A stretch of 63,978 nt of DNA, filler included, from Ionaspis alba (taxonomy: Eukaryota), in NCBI GenBank assembly GCA_964255285.1. It is 19 parts of 19 records of this genome, joined end to end, with 100 filler letters (N's around TTAATTAATTAA, not from the genome) between each part and the next. Parts side by side here need not be neighbours in the genome. Positions count along the whole stretch, not along the records: positions 1 to 3,420 come from CAXUUL010001207.1; positions 3,521 to 6,936 come from CAXUUL010001208.1; positions 7,037 to 10,448 come from CAXUUL010001209.1; positions 10,549 to 13,919 come from CAXUUL010001210.1; 15 more parts are not named here. One strand, 5' to 3'. Positions 1 to 12,561 of this stretch are shown here, piece after piece (within the stretch, counting starts at the first letter, position 1; each line of letters begins with the position of its first letter). Below the pieces are notes generated by a model that was not told where the DNA came from, ran no database searches, and was given only the letters and a program-made list of their open reading frames with translations. The position numbers and the translations under genes are program-made.

Positions 1-212
1 GGACTTTATCACAGGAGAACTTTTCATTGTACTTCTATCTACCATCTCTAAATAGTGTACAGTTGCAGCACACAATTCAATGCTATCTCACACAATCCGG
101 AAACGATGAAGCTTCAGCTACCTTGTTGCTGACAGTAAGTGTAATCCAAGAAAGCCGATGATATGACAGAAGAGTCGATGACGCTGAGCGAGAGCGAGCA
201 TGTTCAAAAAGC

Positions 213-2343
213 TCAGAGCTTCGCCTTCGGCGTCTCTAGCGACGGCAACAATAAGTCCCTGACTTCGCCCGCCGCCTCATTGAGCCAGAAGCTCATTCTC
301 TCGCAGCCGAGGCCTTTGCTGACAATGTTGAACTGGATGCTATAGCAAAGAATCAGCCATCATCTCAACCACAAAGAGCAACCAAATCCCATGGCAAAAC
401 GGAGGAGAAATGCCTAACATACCTGTTTTCATTAATCATATACGCGATCCCAAATCCATCATCCACAACCTGACTCCACCCATACCCATTAAAGAACTCA
501 CTGCTCAGCTGACTACTACTCAAATACCACGTCCCACTGTACTCAAACGCGCGATCCTTAAAAATCTCCGGCATCTCTTCCCCCTCTTTCAAACACTTCT
601 TCAGCCCAAACAAATGCCTATCAACCCCCTTCCCATCACTCGCATCACTAATATACTTCACATGCGCATCCAGCGCCGCCCGGAACCGTTTCACACACTC
701 CTCAGCCGGGATCTCCGGATCCGCCATGGCGGTGCAGAAAGCAACACTTTCGTCGGAGACAGAGCGGCATGTTTCCGTCCGGCCTTGCTGGAAGCGGCGC
801 GTGGCGGCGGATTCGTACGTTGGCCGATTGATGCCGTACATTTTGTGGTAGGCGAGCTGGATCACCATCTGGACATAGGCATCTGGGGAGCACTTGAATT
901 TCTTGATCAGGCCCTTGCCATAGCCCTGGTAGGCCTGGACGCGGAGCTCGTGCTGGCCGATGACGTCCTCAAAATCGCGCGTTGCGCGCTGAATCTCGGC
1001 TTTGACTTCGTTGTTGATGATGAATTTTAAGGGTAATGGCTCGGGAAGGTCGGAGCGGATGGAGGGGTTGGAGAAGTCGAGCTTGTTCGTGAAGATCATC
1101 ATGTTTGCATAGTCGTTCAGTCGGTGCGTTGGGGTGCCGTCCATCATACTGTGTTCGCCCATGAAGCCTGATGTGCCGTTGTCGTTGATGATGAATTGGA
1201 GGGGTTTGTCGAACCAGCGGTTTTGCCCGTCCCCGTGCCAGTATTGGTGTGCGCGCTCTTCGAGGGTGACGGGCGCGGCATCGTCCAGACAGACTATGAA
1301 GCCGGAGGACTCGATGGCTTGAAGGGCAGTGGCATTGGAGGCATGAGCGGAGAGGAGGGTCGAGCGGGCTTTGGTCCAGATATCTCGGTTTTCTGTTGTC
1401 AGGGCGCCGATGGCGGGGGATTTCTCGGCTTTTTGATAGATGCGCCGGAATTGTTGCTCCAGTTCTGTGGTGTTAAGTTGCTGGCCGCCAACTTCATATA
1501 TGAGTTTGAAGAACTGGTTTTTGCGGATGACGATGATGTGCTTATTCTCGTTCGGGTCGTATTTCACAGGGTAGTCCTTTCCTTCGGCGGGAATACGGCA
1601 TGCGTTGAACATCCATTGGTACATCTCCATGCTGATGGGGAGCCTCTTCATGTATTCTGGTTCTAGTGTGCCACTGTCTACCTGCTTTTTGAACTCTAAG
1701 ACTGCTGTAGAAATGGCGGCCGCCCGTTTTGCCGGGTTCCGCCGTCGTCTATCATCGCGGTGGGAATAAAAATAGCTGACGTATGGCACAACGGGGTCGC
1801 GGTAAGTGAGGTAAGCAGCGTCGTTCCACCATTCGTATATCCAGTTTTTATGCTTGGGATCATCTCTTCTCGCTTGTAGTCTCTTTTGAAGTGTTTCACC
1901 AATGCTACCAGGCTTCACAAACTCTTGCACCGCCTTCTTGGTGTGTTCATACTCGGAAGGATTAAGCAAAGCATGGACAGACTTAAGGTATCTTTTCGAG
2001 GTCTCTTCGAGTGTTGGGACAGGCAGGCGCGGTAGGGAGTCTTCAAACCGTAGCATGGGACCTTTAGAGGTGTCTTCTCTATAACCTTGAGATTGGAGGA
2101 TCCAATCATCAGCTCGAAGCCCGGTAGATAATATGTAGAACGAAGAATTATGTACCTTCAGGAAGAGACGAGGCCTTCCGTCTAGCCGTAGCAGGAGCCA
2201 TTGCAAATGTCTATCATTGAATTTAGCATACCGTCTCCTCCTTGCGACTCTCAAAATTTAAATACCTGCGCTGGTTTCCACAAGGAAGTATTTGCTCGCA
2301 ATGCAGCAGCTAAAGGTGGGCGTGCTCTGATGATATTGAACAT
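213..2343 (-). CDS. CAT2: Carnitine O-acetyltransferase, mitochondrial/peroxisomal type (Cat2/AcuJ); 4 exons: 2343-2266, 2210-2156, 2085-423, 339-213; 640 aa
   Basis: Motifs LPRLPVP, NRWFDK, EHSMMDG (catalytic His) and TYESAATRRFQQGRTET. GT-AG introns give a continuous frame starting MFNIIRARPPLAAALR and ending ...TPKAKL*. Confidence 0.95.
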
Positions 2344-2721
2344 CCCAAACGCTTCCTCGGCTTCGTTGATTGAAGCAGTCTAATAAATGCAAATCCAAGG
2401 TAAAGGAATGGAACCGAGCGTCGGGCTCTTTTTAGTGCTGTATCACAGGGAATGGGGAAGGTCTTTGCAGTTCGCGTGAACGGTAGCGGGTGGTTGGAGA
2501 CTCGTGAATGTGGTCCGCTTGCCCGCGAAACTCGGCGGATTGAGCCGAGGTATCTCGGATGGAACCCGTTACTCCGCTGCCCTTTCACCTATCTCCATTG
2601 GCATGGTAATCGAGGATAAGTTATGCACTTCTACTCCAGAGTATTCTACGTACAGCATAGCTGGTCTCGATAACTCATCCGTTCCGATGCTCCATCACCA
2701 TGCGCCTTTATAGAAACCCAG

Positions 2722-3420
2722 TCACCTCCTCTTGGCTCTCCTACCACTTCCTCTACCTCGTGCCCATCTGCCTCTGCCTCTTGCTCTACTAGATCCTCGG
2801 GCTACTTTGACAGTGGATGCAGGAGTCCCACTCTTTTCACTCTCCTTGCCTTCGTCTTCATCGTCATCTTCCTCGTCTTCATCAGCATCTTCATCTTCTC
2901 CACCCTCTCCATTGGTATCAGTCGACCGTTTTCTTCCCTGTCTTCCTCTTGGTGTGGCCTCCTCATTCAACCTCGACCTCCGGCCACCACGAGTGCCTCG
3001 CGTTGGCTTCAGTCCACGCGCAGAGGCAGGGGAGGAACGAGGTTCTGTATTGGATATGAGTGCTCATGTCAAGAAATAGCCCCCTCGCCAACCCACCTTC
3101 AGAATCCGCAATCGTACTTTGCCGCCTCCGATCCTCATGGCTGTCTGCCGAGAATTGTTGTGACAGTGCCGGTGGAGATGACGAGTCAACCGGTGCCAGC
3201 CGCCTTTCAAACATCATGTCCCCGTATTCTTCCTCTGGCAACTTGAAAGGGACGTATGGCTCTTTGTGAGGATCGCTGTCATCGGAATCGCCAAACGAGT
3301 CTTCCTAAGCACGAAATGGTCAGAACGGAAGCCGGTAGAGGTGATAAAATCCCATACCCTCTCATCTAGCACCTTTAGATTGTAGAGCGACCCTAGCTTC
3401 TTCCAGATTCCAGGAATACT
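2722..3420 (-). CDS. EAF7: NuA4 subunit Eaf7 (CT20 family), 5'-truncated by contig end, spliced
   Basis: IPGIWKKLGSLYNLKVLDER at the contig end, then PFKLPEEEYGDMMFERRL, then an acidic and RG-rich tail, as in fungal Eaf7. Confidence 0.8.
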
Positions 3421-3520
3421 NNNNNNNNNNNNNNNNNNNNNNNNNNNNNNNNNNNNNNNNNNNNTTAATTAATTAANNNNNNNNNNNNNNNNNNNNNNNN
3501 NNNNNNNNNNNNNNNNNNNN
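3421..3520. other. Artificial contig spacer N44-TTAATTAATTAA-N44; first of 18. Others start at 6937, 10449, 13920, 17370, 20813, 24223, 27626, 31015, 34397, 37768, 41131, 44478, 47788, 51095, 54392, 57687, 60971
   Basis: Identical 100-nt block with stop codons in all six frames. Intervening segments fall monotonically in length (3416, 3412, 3371 ... 3184 bp). Confidence 0.99.
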
Positions 3521-3735
3521 GGCTTCGACGTTGCCAAGAATTTACGGGTAAACTATTGAATTTCCGTCTCCTTAGAAGCTGGGATTATTTCCTCACATAA
3601 TTGCCCGTGCCTCAACAGGTGTCCTCGTTGGTGTGTTCAGTTCATGACGAAGTCAGAAATGGGTTCGAGGTTATGAACATCCTTAGGCCTTCTGTCGACT
3701 TTGCTCGCTCCTAACTCCTCTCCCTTAGTTTCATC

Positions 3736-5718
3736 ATGGCATTTGGCGGCGCGAGACGACGCATTCTTCTACTTGTGATTGGGATAGGCTTCTTTATTAT
3801 CATTGTAAATCTACTATCGCTTCCAGGGTCGTCCGATATTCGATCAGCAATCGACAAGGTACCACTGCCCAAAAAATTGAAAGGAGACCCAGAAGATGCA
3901 CTCCTTTCGAGTCCTCACAAGCCTCAAGATGCCCATCCTATCTCGGCGTTAATGGCGCGAGCTGATATGCGATGGAGGGAATACGAGGGTAAACGGTCAC
4001 AGACCTTCAAAGAGACTGTGAGCAAATATAGGAGGAAATACAACAGGCATCCTCCACCTGGGTTCAAAGAATGGTACAAATTCGCTCGAGCGCAGACGAT
4101 CTTCAATGTCGACGACTTCGACCAAGTCATGGACGATCTACGGCCATTTTGGGCTGTCGAGCCTCAGGTTATAAGGACATTGGCAGCACACATGTCAGAT
4201 AAACCGGACGAGGGTGTGGCAGGTATACACATCCGAGGGCACAAGGTCGTAAAGTTGACGAATCAGTCGTGGAGGTCTGAGACAATGGCCAAAGTGATTG
4301 AGAGATTCATCAAATATCTCCCAGACATGGACATTGCCGTCAACCGGCTAGATCAGCCGCGTGTCGTGGTACCCTGGGATGATATGCAAGAGCTGCTGGA
4401 AAAGGAGGTCAAGTCGAGGCAGATGCAGCCAGAAGCCCATGATGAGTTCACTGCGAATATGACTAATTTCCTTGACACGACAAAGGAGAAATATGAAGGT
4501 CCAAGGGAAGACCCAGGATGGTATGGCGCTCCTGGAAAGCAGTACATGGACATCGCCAAAACAGCGTGTCCACCCGACTCTCACGCTCGAGAAGGAGGCA
4601 TGAGTCAAGCAGCAGCGGAAGCTCGGTACAAGGATCGGATGGGAGGAATCATTACAAACTTCAATCTTTCGTCCGATCTATGTACAATAGGTCCGGAAAT
4701 CCAAGACAAGCATGGGTTCCTCTTCTCCGCCTCTTCCATCTCTGCTACCAAGCGTCTCGTTCCCGTCTTTGGAGAGTGCAAAGTCAACATTAACAGCGAC
4801 ATCCTCTTCCCTGCCAATATGTATTCGCGGCCTGACGAGCGCTACGCCTACAACGACAAACACGACTCCGAATGGAAGGATAAGAAAGATAATATGATTT
4901 GGCGAGGCGTGACTTCTGGTGGTGCTAATGTCGAAGAAAGTTGGCGACGTATGCATCGCAACCGCCTAGTCCTTGCAACCAATGGCACCGAAATGGCAAA
5001 TCAGGAGGTGAGGATCCTGATCGAGCAGCCAGAAGCCAAAGGAGAGTACGAGAACTTCCGGAAATTCAAGCCATCGGAATTCGCAGAACGATATACCGAT
5101 GTCGGGTTCACAGAGTTCAAGGACTGCTTTCCGAATTGCAGCTACATATACGACAACGTCATGGTCACCAAAGAGGAAGTTCGTCTGCCGGAGCAGTTCA
5201 AGTCGAAGTTTCTGGTTGATGTTGATGGTCATTCCTTCTCTGGTCGATGGCGAGCGTTCTTGGAGAGCAAGTCTCTGGGTATCAAAGCCACGATCTTCCG
5301 AGAATGGCATGATTCGAGACTATTCGCATGGCGACACTTTGTGCCCATGGACAACCGTTACGATGACCTGTACTCCTTGCTCACTTACTTTATTGGACTT
5401 GGCAATCCCGAGACAGCAGGCAAGCCAGGCGAGGTATTCGTGGCCAAGCACGATACTGAGGCAAAACGAATAGCACTTCAGGGGAGGGAGTGGGCAAATA
5501 AGGTGCTACGGAAAGAGGATATTGAGGTATGGAAGGACTGTTTTCCGCACGCGGCGGAATATGCTGATCGAAGACAGATCTATATGTACCGTCTTCTCCT
5601 GGAGTACGCACGAATCATCGATGATAACCGAGATCGGATTGGTTATTCTGGGGATGGGAGCGAGCTTGACAAGAACAATGCACGCAATGGTACCTATGGT
5701 ATTGGCAGGTTTTGGTGA
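3736..5718 (+). CDS. Glycosyltransferase family 90 (CAP10/Cxt1-like beta-1,2-xylosyltransferase); intron 5527-5577; possible extra 5' exon 3644-3669
   Basis: N-terminal TM anchor; motifs YRRKYNRHPPPGFKEWYKFA, WRGVTSGG, KFLVDVDGHSFSGRW, KATIFREWHDSRL, and LRKEDIE/IYMYRLLLEYAR. Confidence 0.92.
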   Translation: MAFGGARRRILLLVIGIGFFIIIVNLLSLPGSSDIRSAIDKVPLPKKLKGDPEDALLSSPHKPQDAHPISALMARADMRWREYEGKRSQTFKETVSKYRRKYNRHPPPGFKEWYKFARAQTIFNVDDFDQVMDDLRPFWAVEPQVIRTLAAHMSDKPDEGVAGIHIRGHKVVKLTNQSWRSETMAKVIERFIKYLPDMDIAVNRLDQPRVVVPWDDMQELLEKEVKSRQMQPEAHDEFTANMTNFLDTTKEKYEGPREDPGWYGAPGKQYMDIAKTACPPDSHAREGGMSQAAAEARYKDRMGGIITNFNLSSDLCTIGPEIQDKHGFLFSASSISATKRLVPVFGECKVNINSDILFPANMYSRPDERYAYNDKHDSEWKDKKDNMIWRGVTSGGANVEESWRRMHRNRLVLATNGTEMANQEVRILIEQPEAKGEYENFRKFKPSEFAERYTDVGFTEFKDCFPNCSYIYDNVMVTKEEVRLPEQFKSKFLVDVDGHSFSGRWRAFLESKSLGIKATIFREWHDSRLFAWRHFVPMDNRYDDLYSLLTYFIGLGNPETAGKPGEVFVAKHDTEAKRIALQGREWANKVLRKEDIEVWKDCFPHAAEYADRRQIYMYRLLLEYARIIDDNRDRIGYSGDGSELDKNNARNGTYGIGRFW

Positions 5719-6617
5719 CGGACGATTGTAGGTGTATCATAGGAAGGAGCATTCGGTGGAGTGATTGGCATTTACAACGGAGCAAGGAGGACTATTCTTT
5801 CGTATTCTGCGTGTATGAGTTCTTGTATAGATACAAGTTCAGTTTCTGTCAGACATTGTTTTGGATCAAAAATAGATCAATTGCACTCATATCTCTGGCT
5901 GTCGATCATCCAACTACAGGGTTCGTCTATCTTGTGGTAAGAGAATCTACATAGAGAGAGGCAAGCGTTTGGCACAAACCTCTCACCACATCAGTCCGGA
6001 TGTCACCGATAGCCGCCATTGCCACCTGATATGGATGGATAATGTCCCCGAACTTGTGGCAACATGTGATCCTCAGCTAATTAAGGCGTCGCGGCCTTGC
6101 TGTATCAGCCGAATTGTCCCCACCTCGACGACGAGATATCGTTCAGCAACAGTCCACCCAAGGCGGAGAGCAGCAGCCTGCGGCGCTAAAGAGGATGATA
6201 CACAGATAGGGGAAAAGGGTTGTGATTAAGGGCACTGCGATCTCTGTCAATGCGTCAATTTGTTATTCACGCATTATAAGTCGACGGGTCCATACGTTCT
6301 CACTTCCGCTCGTGCGTTTGCAAATCCAGCAAAGAGCAGCACGATGCATTGCCATGATACGACCGAATCCACGGAGCCTTTCCATGAGATGATCCGCCAC
6401 CTCTCAAATCATGTTCCCAATGCCATACTCATCGACTTCCACCGATTTGTGAACGAGCTCGCTTGTTCTGGCCATCTTCTTTATCAAAAAACGCCGAAAA
6501 TTGACTGACTTGAGCTGACGTCGCTCTCTCATGACGTTGCCATGAACGGTAGGGACCCCGACCGAATACCATACAGCTTCATGGCCGATTGGGCACGATG
6601 AACGGCCAGAAGCGTTT

Positions 6618-6909
6618 TTACAATGATGACTTGTGCCGAACCTGTTCCGAGGACCGCATCGTTCTACGTCTGCGCAATGCTGAAGGCGGAGAAGCGGCAG
6701 TGGGGAGCGGGTCGGCTTCGGGCATAGCTGCGATATCGTTACCGTAATTGGACTCGATCTGGTCGGTGGTCTCATTGTTGGAAGGCTGTCGTATGATCGG
6801 ATTGGTGGGCGACAAAATTGTGCTGTTCGTTTTCGTGTGCTTTTCGTTTTCGGAGACCGAGCGGGGACGAGCCTGTGCCACCAGGCTCTCAGCAGGTAGA
6901 CTTGCGCCT
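6618..6909 (-). CDS. Probable last exon of an unidentified gene truncated by the contig end
   Basis: About 97 open codons following a TAG acceptor-like site; low-complexity S/P/R-rich sequence with no recognisable motif. Confidence 0.3.
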
Positions 6910-7036
6910 CTACGGCGAAAATCTAGCCATCATAAGNNNNNNNNNNNNNNNNNNNNNNNNNNNNNNNNNNNNNNNNNNNNTTAATTAATTAANNNNNNNN
7001 NNNNNNNNNNNNNNNNNNNNNNNNNNNNNNNNNNNN

Positions 7037-8530
7037 CCAGGCTCCAAGGCATGGAATCCATCCAGCGTAACCTTCACAGCACCAGCTTGAACAAGCTACA
7101 GCCGATTAGCAAATTCCTCACTGGAGACAAAAGAACTCAACTTACAGCTCGGCTCAAATCGTCAATCAAATCATCCACATCTTCTATCCCTACACACAAC
7201 CTAATAATATCCTCCGGCAACTCCCTCTCCCTCCTCGTTTTCGCATCAATACTCGCATGACTCATCCGACACGGCATACTAATCAAGCTGTTCACACACC
7301 CAAAACTGACACTTATCGCCCACAACCTCGCGGCCTCCACAATCCGCTCGCTCATTGCCACATCTCCAGTTTCAAACGAGAGCACGGCGCCAGCGCCTCG
7401 AGCCATTGTGTTGTGCAAGGCATATTGTGGGTGCGACTTCAGGCCCGGATACCGTACGCGGAAGCCATGATCTTCCAGGAACTCAGCAATACGTTGAGCA
7501 TTGCTTTGCTGTTGCTCCAAACGTACTTTCAAGGTCTTCACACCCCGCATAAGAAGCCAGGAGTCGAAGGGGGCGAGACCACAGCCAGAGGCATTTATCG
7601 TGAAGTAGAGTTTATCTCCGAGTCCTTTATCGTTGATGGCGAGGACACCGGCCATAAGATCGTGGTGACCAGAAAGATATTTGGTTCCGCTCTCGTAGAC
7701 GATGTCGGCGCCGAGCTCTAAAGGATTCTGGAGCAAAGGGGAGAGCATGGTGTTGTCGACTGCGACTAGTGCTTTGGGATTGGCGGTATGGGCGAGACTG
7801 GCAATCGTAGGGATATCGACGATCTTGATCAGAGGATTTGTGGGAGTTTCGAGAAGGACCATGGCGGTCTTTTGGGACAGAGCGGTGCGGACTTTATCAG
7901 GGTTTGTGGTATCCACGTGATGGACTATGATTTCGCCATTGGTGGCCAGATATTTGAGAAGGCGGTGAGTGCCCCCGTAGAGATCATCGCCGGTCACGAC
8001 TTCGTCGCCTGGCCGTAGCAGTCTTGTTATGACGTCCAAAGCACCCATACCGGACGAGACGACCAGCGCTCGTTCGGCGGACATGATCTTTGCGAGGTGT
8101 CTTTCAAGGTGTGTTCGGGTGGGATTGCCTGATCTTGTGTAGTCATATTCGCCCCCTCCTCCTCCTGAGGTTTGTTTGAATGTTGCGGACTAAGTCATGA
8201 AGGGACACTTGTCAGCCATGATCTTCGGTCAGATGGCAATACATACTCCAGCCGGACATGGGACTGAAATGGCAGTCTTGTCCAAGCTTTAAATCCGATC
8301 CAACTCACCTGGTAAATGGGTGTACTACTCGCATTGTACTGATCTGTTCCCTCTGTATATACCAATTCCGTCGCCAATGCATATTTCCTTCCACTTCGTG
8401 GACTCGAAGGTGCGGGCGATGGTGGCAGGTTGTGTCCTTCCAAATCGAGCTTTGAGAAGGCTTTCCCTATACCGCTAGGTTTCTTCTGAAATCCTTCTCC
8501 GCCGTCTGGTGGCGAGCTGGAATCTGACAT
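7037..8530 (-). CDS. STR3: Cystathionine beta-lyase (MetG/Str3), spliced, 3'-truncated
   Basis: Motifs YDYTRSGNPTR, ETPTNP, VDNTM, ESGTKYLSGHHD (PLP Lys), SFGCVNSL and IRLCVGIED; last exon LVQAGAV runs into the spacer. Confidence 0.93.
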
Positions 8531-8987
8531 GGCGTCCGCGAAGGACGCTGGTAGTTATAAAGAGCGGTCAATTGGTTGCAAGGTGGTTAAACTATATCTA
8601 TTTGCTGAAGCTCTGGCTCTTGGAGTCGTACGACAAGATTTTGCGTAGAGCAATTGCCTAGGGATTTAGATCTTCGGACAACAACATGGTGTAATTCGGG
8701 ATTTGCGTCGCGAGGTACTTTGTACTACATATTCAAAAGCTAGGGTTTGGAGCCACCGATTATCGGATGACGCCATTTCTGACCGCTCTGTTTGGGGAAA
8801 CCCTAGCGCCAAAACCGCTGTCATGTCGACTTTGAAAGTTGTTCGATTTTAGGTTATTGCAGATAGTGGTCTATATTGGCATAAACATGCAGAAAAGCCC
8901 AGCCCGAAAATGCCACATGAATTGCGAGACATCCAACGCCGTCCATGAGCTCCATCCGAATGCCTGGGGTATCATGGTCTAAACGTT

Positions 8988-10352
8988 TCAGTCGTTCACT
9001 TCCTCGCTTCCCTCTGTGTCCTCATACTCTGAATCAGTGGTCACTTCTTTGGCTTTTGTGGACTTGCGAGCAGCCTCTTGTAGGATCTGACTACCACCGG
9101 TCGTCCCAAAAAAATCAGATGTTCGCAGGCCCCTGACATCCTTGCCATGGACCGCATCCATTCGTGCACCAGATGCTTTCTGCTGTCTAATAAATTCCCG
9201 CACAGGAACCATCGCAGCATCTCGACACGCTTCCTTGATATCGCTTCCGGACATGCCCGCAGTAACCTTGATCAGGTATTCGAGGTCAAAATTGACTTTG
9301 TCGACCTTTGTGTCCTTGAGTATGAGACCTAGGATACGCAATCGTTGTGGAGCTGTGGGTAGTGAGACAGGAAATTTCTTCGGTAGACGTCGTAGAATGG
9401 CTTCGTCGATGTCTTGTATTCGATTAGTGGCTCCAAGAATCAGTATCCGTTGAGGCTCTCCATAAGTATTTGACGATGTCAAGCCGTCCCAATGCGTCAT
9501 GAACTCTGCCTTGACCATGCCGCTTGCTTCGTGCTCTCCGCTTCGTCTTTGGCCTAGCACGGCATCGATCTCATCAATGAATACAATGGTAGGCTGAAGC
9601 TTCCGTGCTAACGAGAATACGGCGTGAACCAATTTGTTCGAGTCACCAAACCACTTCTCCGTCAGCGTAGATATATGGAGGTTGATAAAAGTTGCGCCAC
9701 TTTCGCTGGCAAGGGCTTTGGCAAGCATGGTCTTGCCACAACCAGGAGGACCGTAGAGTAGGACGCCTGAAGGCGCGGATAGTAGAGGTGATGAATGGGA
9801 GTAGAGGTGCGGCATGGTCAAGGGATAGATGACAGATTCTTTGAATTCCTCGATAACGTTGCCCAGGCCGCCAATATCTGATATCCGCGATTAGACTCCC
9901 TGTCGGGCCATGCTGGGATTTTGCGAAGTGCTTACCTTCAAAGCTCACCGGTATGTCTTCTGGCGCAATGACCTCGGCCGCGATAACTTGCTCGTATTGG
10001 TTTAGGACCAAGTCTTCTTTCCGAGCCCTATGTGGTATTCCGTCCTCCATGATAAGACCATTTTTGTCTCTTTCTCGTTTGTCCAATCGTTGCATCACGG
10101 CCGCAGCCGTAGCCTTTCGGTTCTTTTCATCCTCCGGTTCGAGTCTGGACAAAGCATATCGTACTAGATAGTAGATTGAAACATTCTGTTGCAATGCATT
10201 AGTCTAGGACCTCTTACATTGCACTCCACAGGTAAGAGACTGGATTCAAAAGTGGTTCCACGACTTACTGCAGCTGCAAGGAGTATTAGATCTTGGATGA
10301 AACCAAATCTTGAACCACCTTTCGACGACAGTGATGAGGCTCCAGGGGCCAT
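8988..10352 (-). CDS. MSP1: Membrane-anchored AAA ATPase Msp1/ATAD1, 3 exons
   Basis: N-terminal TM; LNQYEQVIAAEVIAPEDIPVSF; Walker A GPPGCGKT; KWFGDSNK; FIDEID; EHEASGMVKAEFMTHWDGL. Confidence 0.93.
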
Positions 10353-10627
10353 CTTGACGTGGTGTGTTTCTGAATGTAGAGAAGCTCTACAAGACTTTGG
10401 TTGGGCTTCGCGTTACGCATTTGGTCGTCATGGGCAGAAGCCACAACTNNNNNNNNNNNNNNNNNNNNNNNNNNNNNNNNNNNNNNNNNNNNTTAATTAA
10501 TTAANNNNNNNNNNNNNNNNNNNNNNNNNNNNNNNNNNNNNNNNNNNNATTTCATATCTTCTCCAAGCTGCCGGTCGGCTCTCAAGCTCTTCCTGTCATG
10601 ATACTAGGAGGAGAGCGCGGCAGCGCG

Positions 10628-12397
10628 ATGTCTTCGAAGCACTGGTGTTCTGTCGCAACGACTTGTCTATTGCTTTTAACATGCGCTCTCATATTCAGTG
10701 ATAGGACAATTGTCTGCTGGGCACAAAACCCTACGAATGTCTTCAATGCCGAAGTATTCAAAGAACACCCTGCCTACTTGCGCGAGTTGGTGCTCTCGAC
10801 CAATGATGAGCTGTCGCAGTCAGCATCACGCGTTGCCGGACACCCTTCATCTTTCCCTGGAAGTTTCCCTGCCTTCCTCAATGCCCTCGAAGTTATGCAA
10901 TCTCACTTCTTCGAGATATGGGTTGGCACGTGGCCAGAGGCAATCGACTGGACGGCAGCGGTGCTTGGAACACAGATCTCAACCTCCCTCGAAGTAATAA
11001 CGAGACAAGCAGATTACAACACAGCAGCTCCAGCACTCAATGCTACAAGCGAAGAGGATCGTATCAACAAATACTTCACACAATTGGTTTCCTTCTATTT
11101 CGGCGAGAATGCTTTCAGTCTGCGCGGTCAGGCGTATGACGACATGCTATGGGTGGTCCTTGACTGGCTGGAAGCAATCAAATTCATCAATCTGCATTCT
11201 GCTCTGCATTACACTACAGGGGACAACGACACCACGAAATGGTACGCTGCGCAATTTGTTCCAGCATTTGCACATCGAGCGAGGGTCTTTTACGAATTGG
11301 CGTCAAACGGCTGGGATACTTCTCTATGTGGTGGCGGCATGATCTGGAATCCATACCTTGCACCATACAAGAACGCTATTACGAATCAATTGTACATCGC
11401 AGCGAGTGTGAATATGTATCTGATATTTCCCGGCGATAATAATTCTTCACCTTTCGTGGCCAAAAGCATCGATTCACCAGCAAAAGCGCACGATCCCAAG
11501 TACTTAGAAGCAGCAGTGGAAGCTTATAAATGGTTATCAACCAGCAACATGACAAACAGCAAGGGACTGTACGTCGACGGCTTCCATATCCATGGCTGGA
11601 GAGGTGGTGGATCTAATAAGAGCATTGGAAGTGGGCAGTGCGATGTTAGAGATGAGAAGGTCTACACATATAATCAAGGTGTTCTACTCACCGGATTGAG
11701 AGGACTCTGGCAAGCGACAGGCAATACCAGCTATCTGGAAGATGGTCATGCATTGGTTCGAAACGTCATAAAAGCAACAGGCTGGCATATCAAGGATGCA
11801 GAAGAACGGCGGAAATGGGCCGGCATTGGCCGCAATGGAGTCTTGGAAGAGACGTGCGATGCCAACTCCACATGCAACCAGAACGGCCAGACGTTCAAAG
11901 GCGTTTTCTTTCTCCACCTCACGACCTTCTGCGAACCACTACCCCGGAACAACAGCGACGCCTCCCTCTTCAATGCAAGTTCTGATCTTGATAGATTACA
12001 CCGAGGAAGCTGTCGCTCATACGCGCCTTGGGTAAAGCACAACGCTCTGGCTGCTTACGGGACAAAAGACGAGAACGGAGAATACGGGATGTGGTGGAGT
12101 TGGGGTCTTCGAAGAGATGGCGATACTTTGCAGAAAGCGGACTATGAGGTCCCTTACGAAGGTACCGACTACAGAAACAATGGAGTTCCGGTAGATGAGA
12201 TATGGCGCATAGACCCTGCCGAGGTCTCGACGCCGAGCTTCAACAAGCCAAGAGCAGAATCTCAGCGTCTGCTTCGACATTCGTGGTCTTCCTGGGATCC
12301 TAATAACCGGGGCAGAGGGAGGACGGTGGAGACGCAGAGCGGAGGGTTAGCGGTGATGCGGGCGATGTACAGGCTGGTGGAAGCGGCAGAGGAATGA
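10628..12397 (+). CDS. Glycoside hydrolase family 76 (alpha-1,6-mannanase-like), signal peptide/anchor, intronless
   Basis: Catalytic YDDMLW, CGGGMIW, YKNAITNQL, YTYNQGV and TFKGVF. The ORF track starts at 10598; the ATG at 10628 directly precedes the hydrophobic leader. Confidence 0.9.
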   Translation: MSSKHWCSVATTCLLLLTCALIFSDRTIVCWAQNPTNVFNAEVFKEHPAYLRELVLSTNDELSQSASRVAGHPSSFPGSFPAFLNALEVMQSHFFEIWVGTWPEAIDWTAAVLGTQISTSLEVITRQADYNTAAPALNATSEEDRINKYFTQLVSFYFGENAFSLRGQAYDDMLWVVLDWLEAIKFINLHSALHYTTGDNDTTKWYAAQFVPAFAHRARVFYELASNGWDTSLCGGGMIWNPYLAPYKNAITNQLYIAASVNMYLIFPGDNNSSPFVAKSIDSPAKAHDPKYLEAAVEAYKWLSTSNMTNSKGLYVDGFHIHGWRGGGSNKSIGSGQCDVRDEKVYTYNQGVLLTGLRGLWQATGNTSYLEDGHALVRNVIKATGWHIKDAEERRKWAGIGRNGVLEETCDANSTCNQNGQTFKGVFFLHLTTFCEPLPRNNSDASLFNASSDLDRLHRGSCRSYAPWVKHNALAAYGTKDENGEYGMWWSWGLRRDGDTLQKADYEVPYEGTDYRNNGVPVDEIWRIDPAEVSTPSFNKPRAESQRLLRHSWSSWDPNNRGRGRTVETQSGGLAVMRAMYRLVEAAEE

Positions 12398-12561
12398 GGA
12401 CCGAAAGCAAACTCTCATCGCGAGGCGATCATCTATACTACATTTCAAGGCTATCAAACTTAGCCGCTTATTACAAGGACGATGTGAATAATGTTAAGGT
12501 CAATGGAAGCTATATTGATTCTCCACTGTACATCACTATGTCATCTTCAACTCCCTCTTCT

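Noticed and set aside
410..1666. Long antisense ORFs opposite CAT2, and similar ones opposite STR3, the LovD-like gene and the FAD oxidoreductase
   Set aside because: Shadow ORFs caused by the codon bias of the real gene; no motifs.
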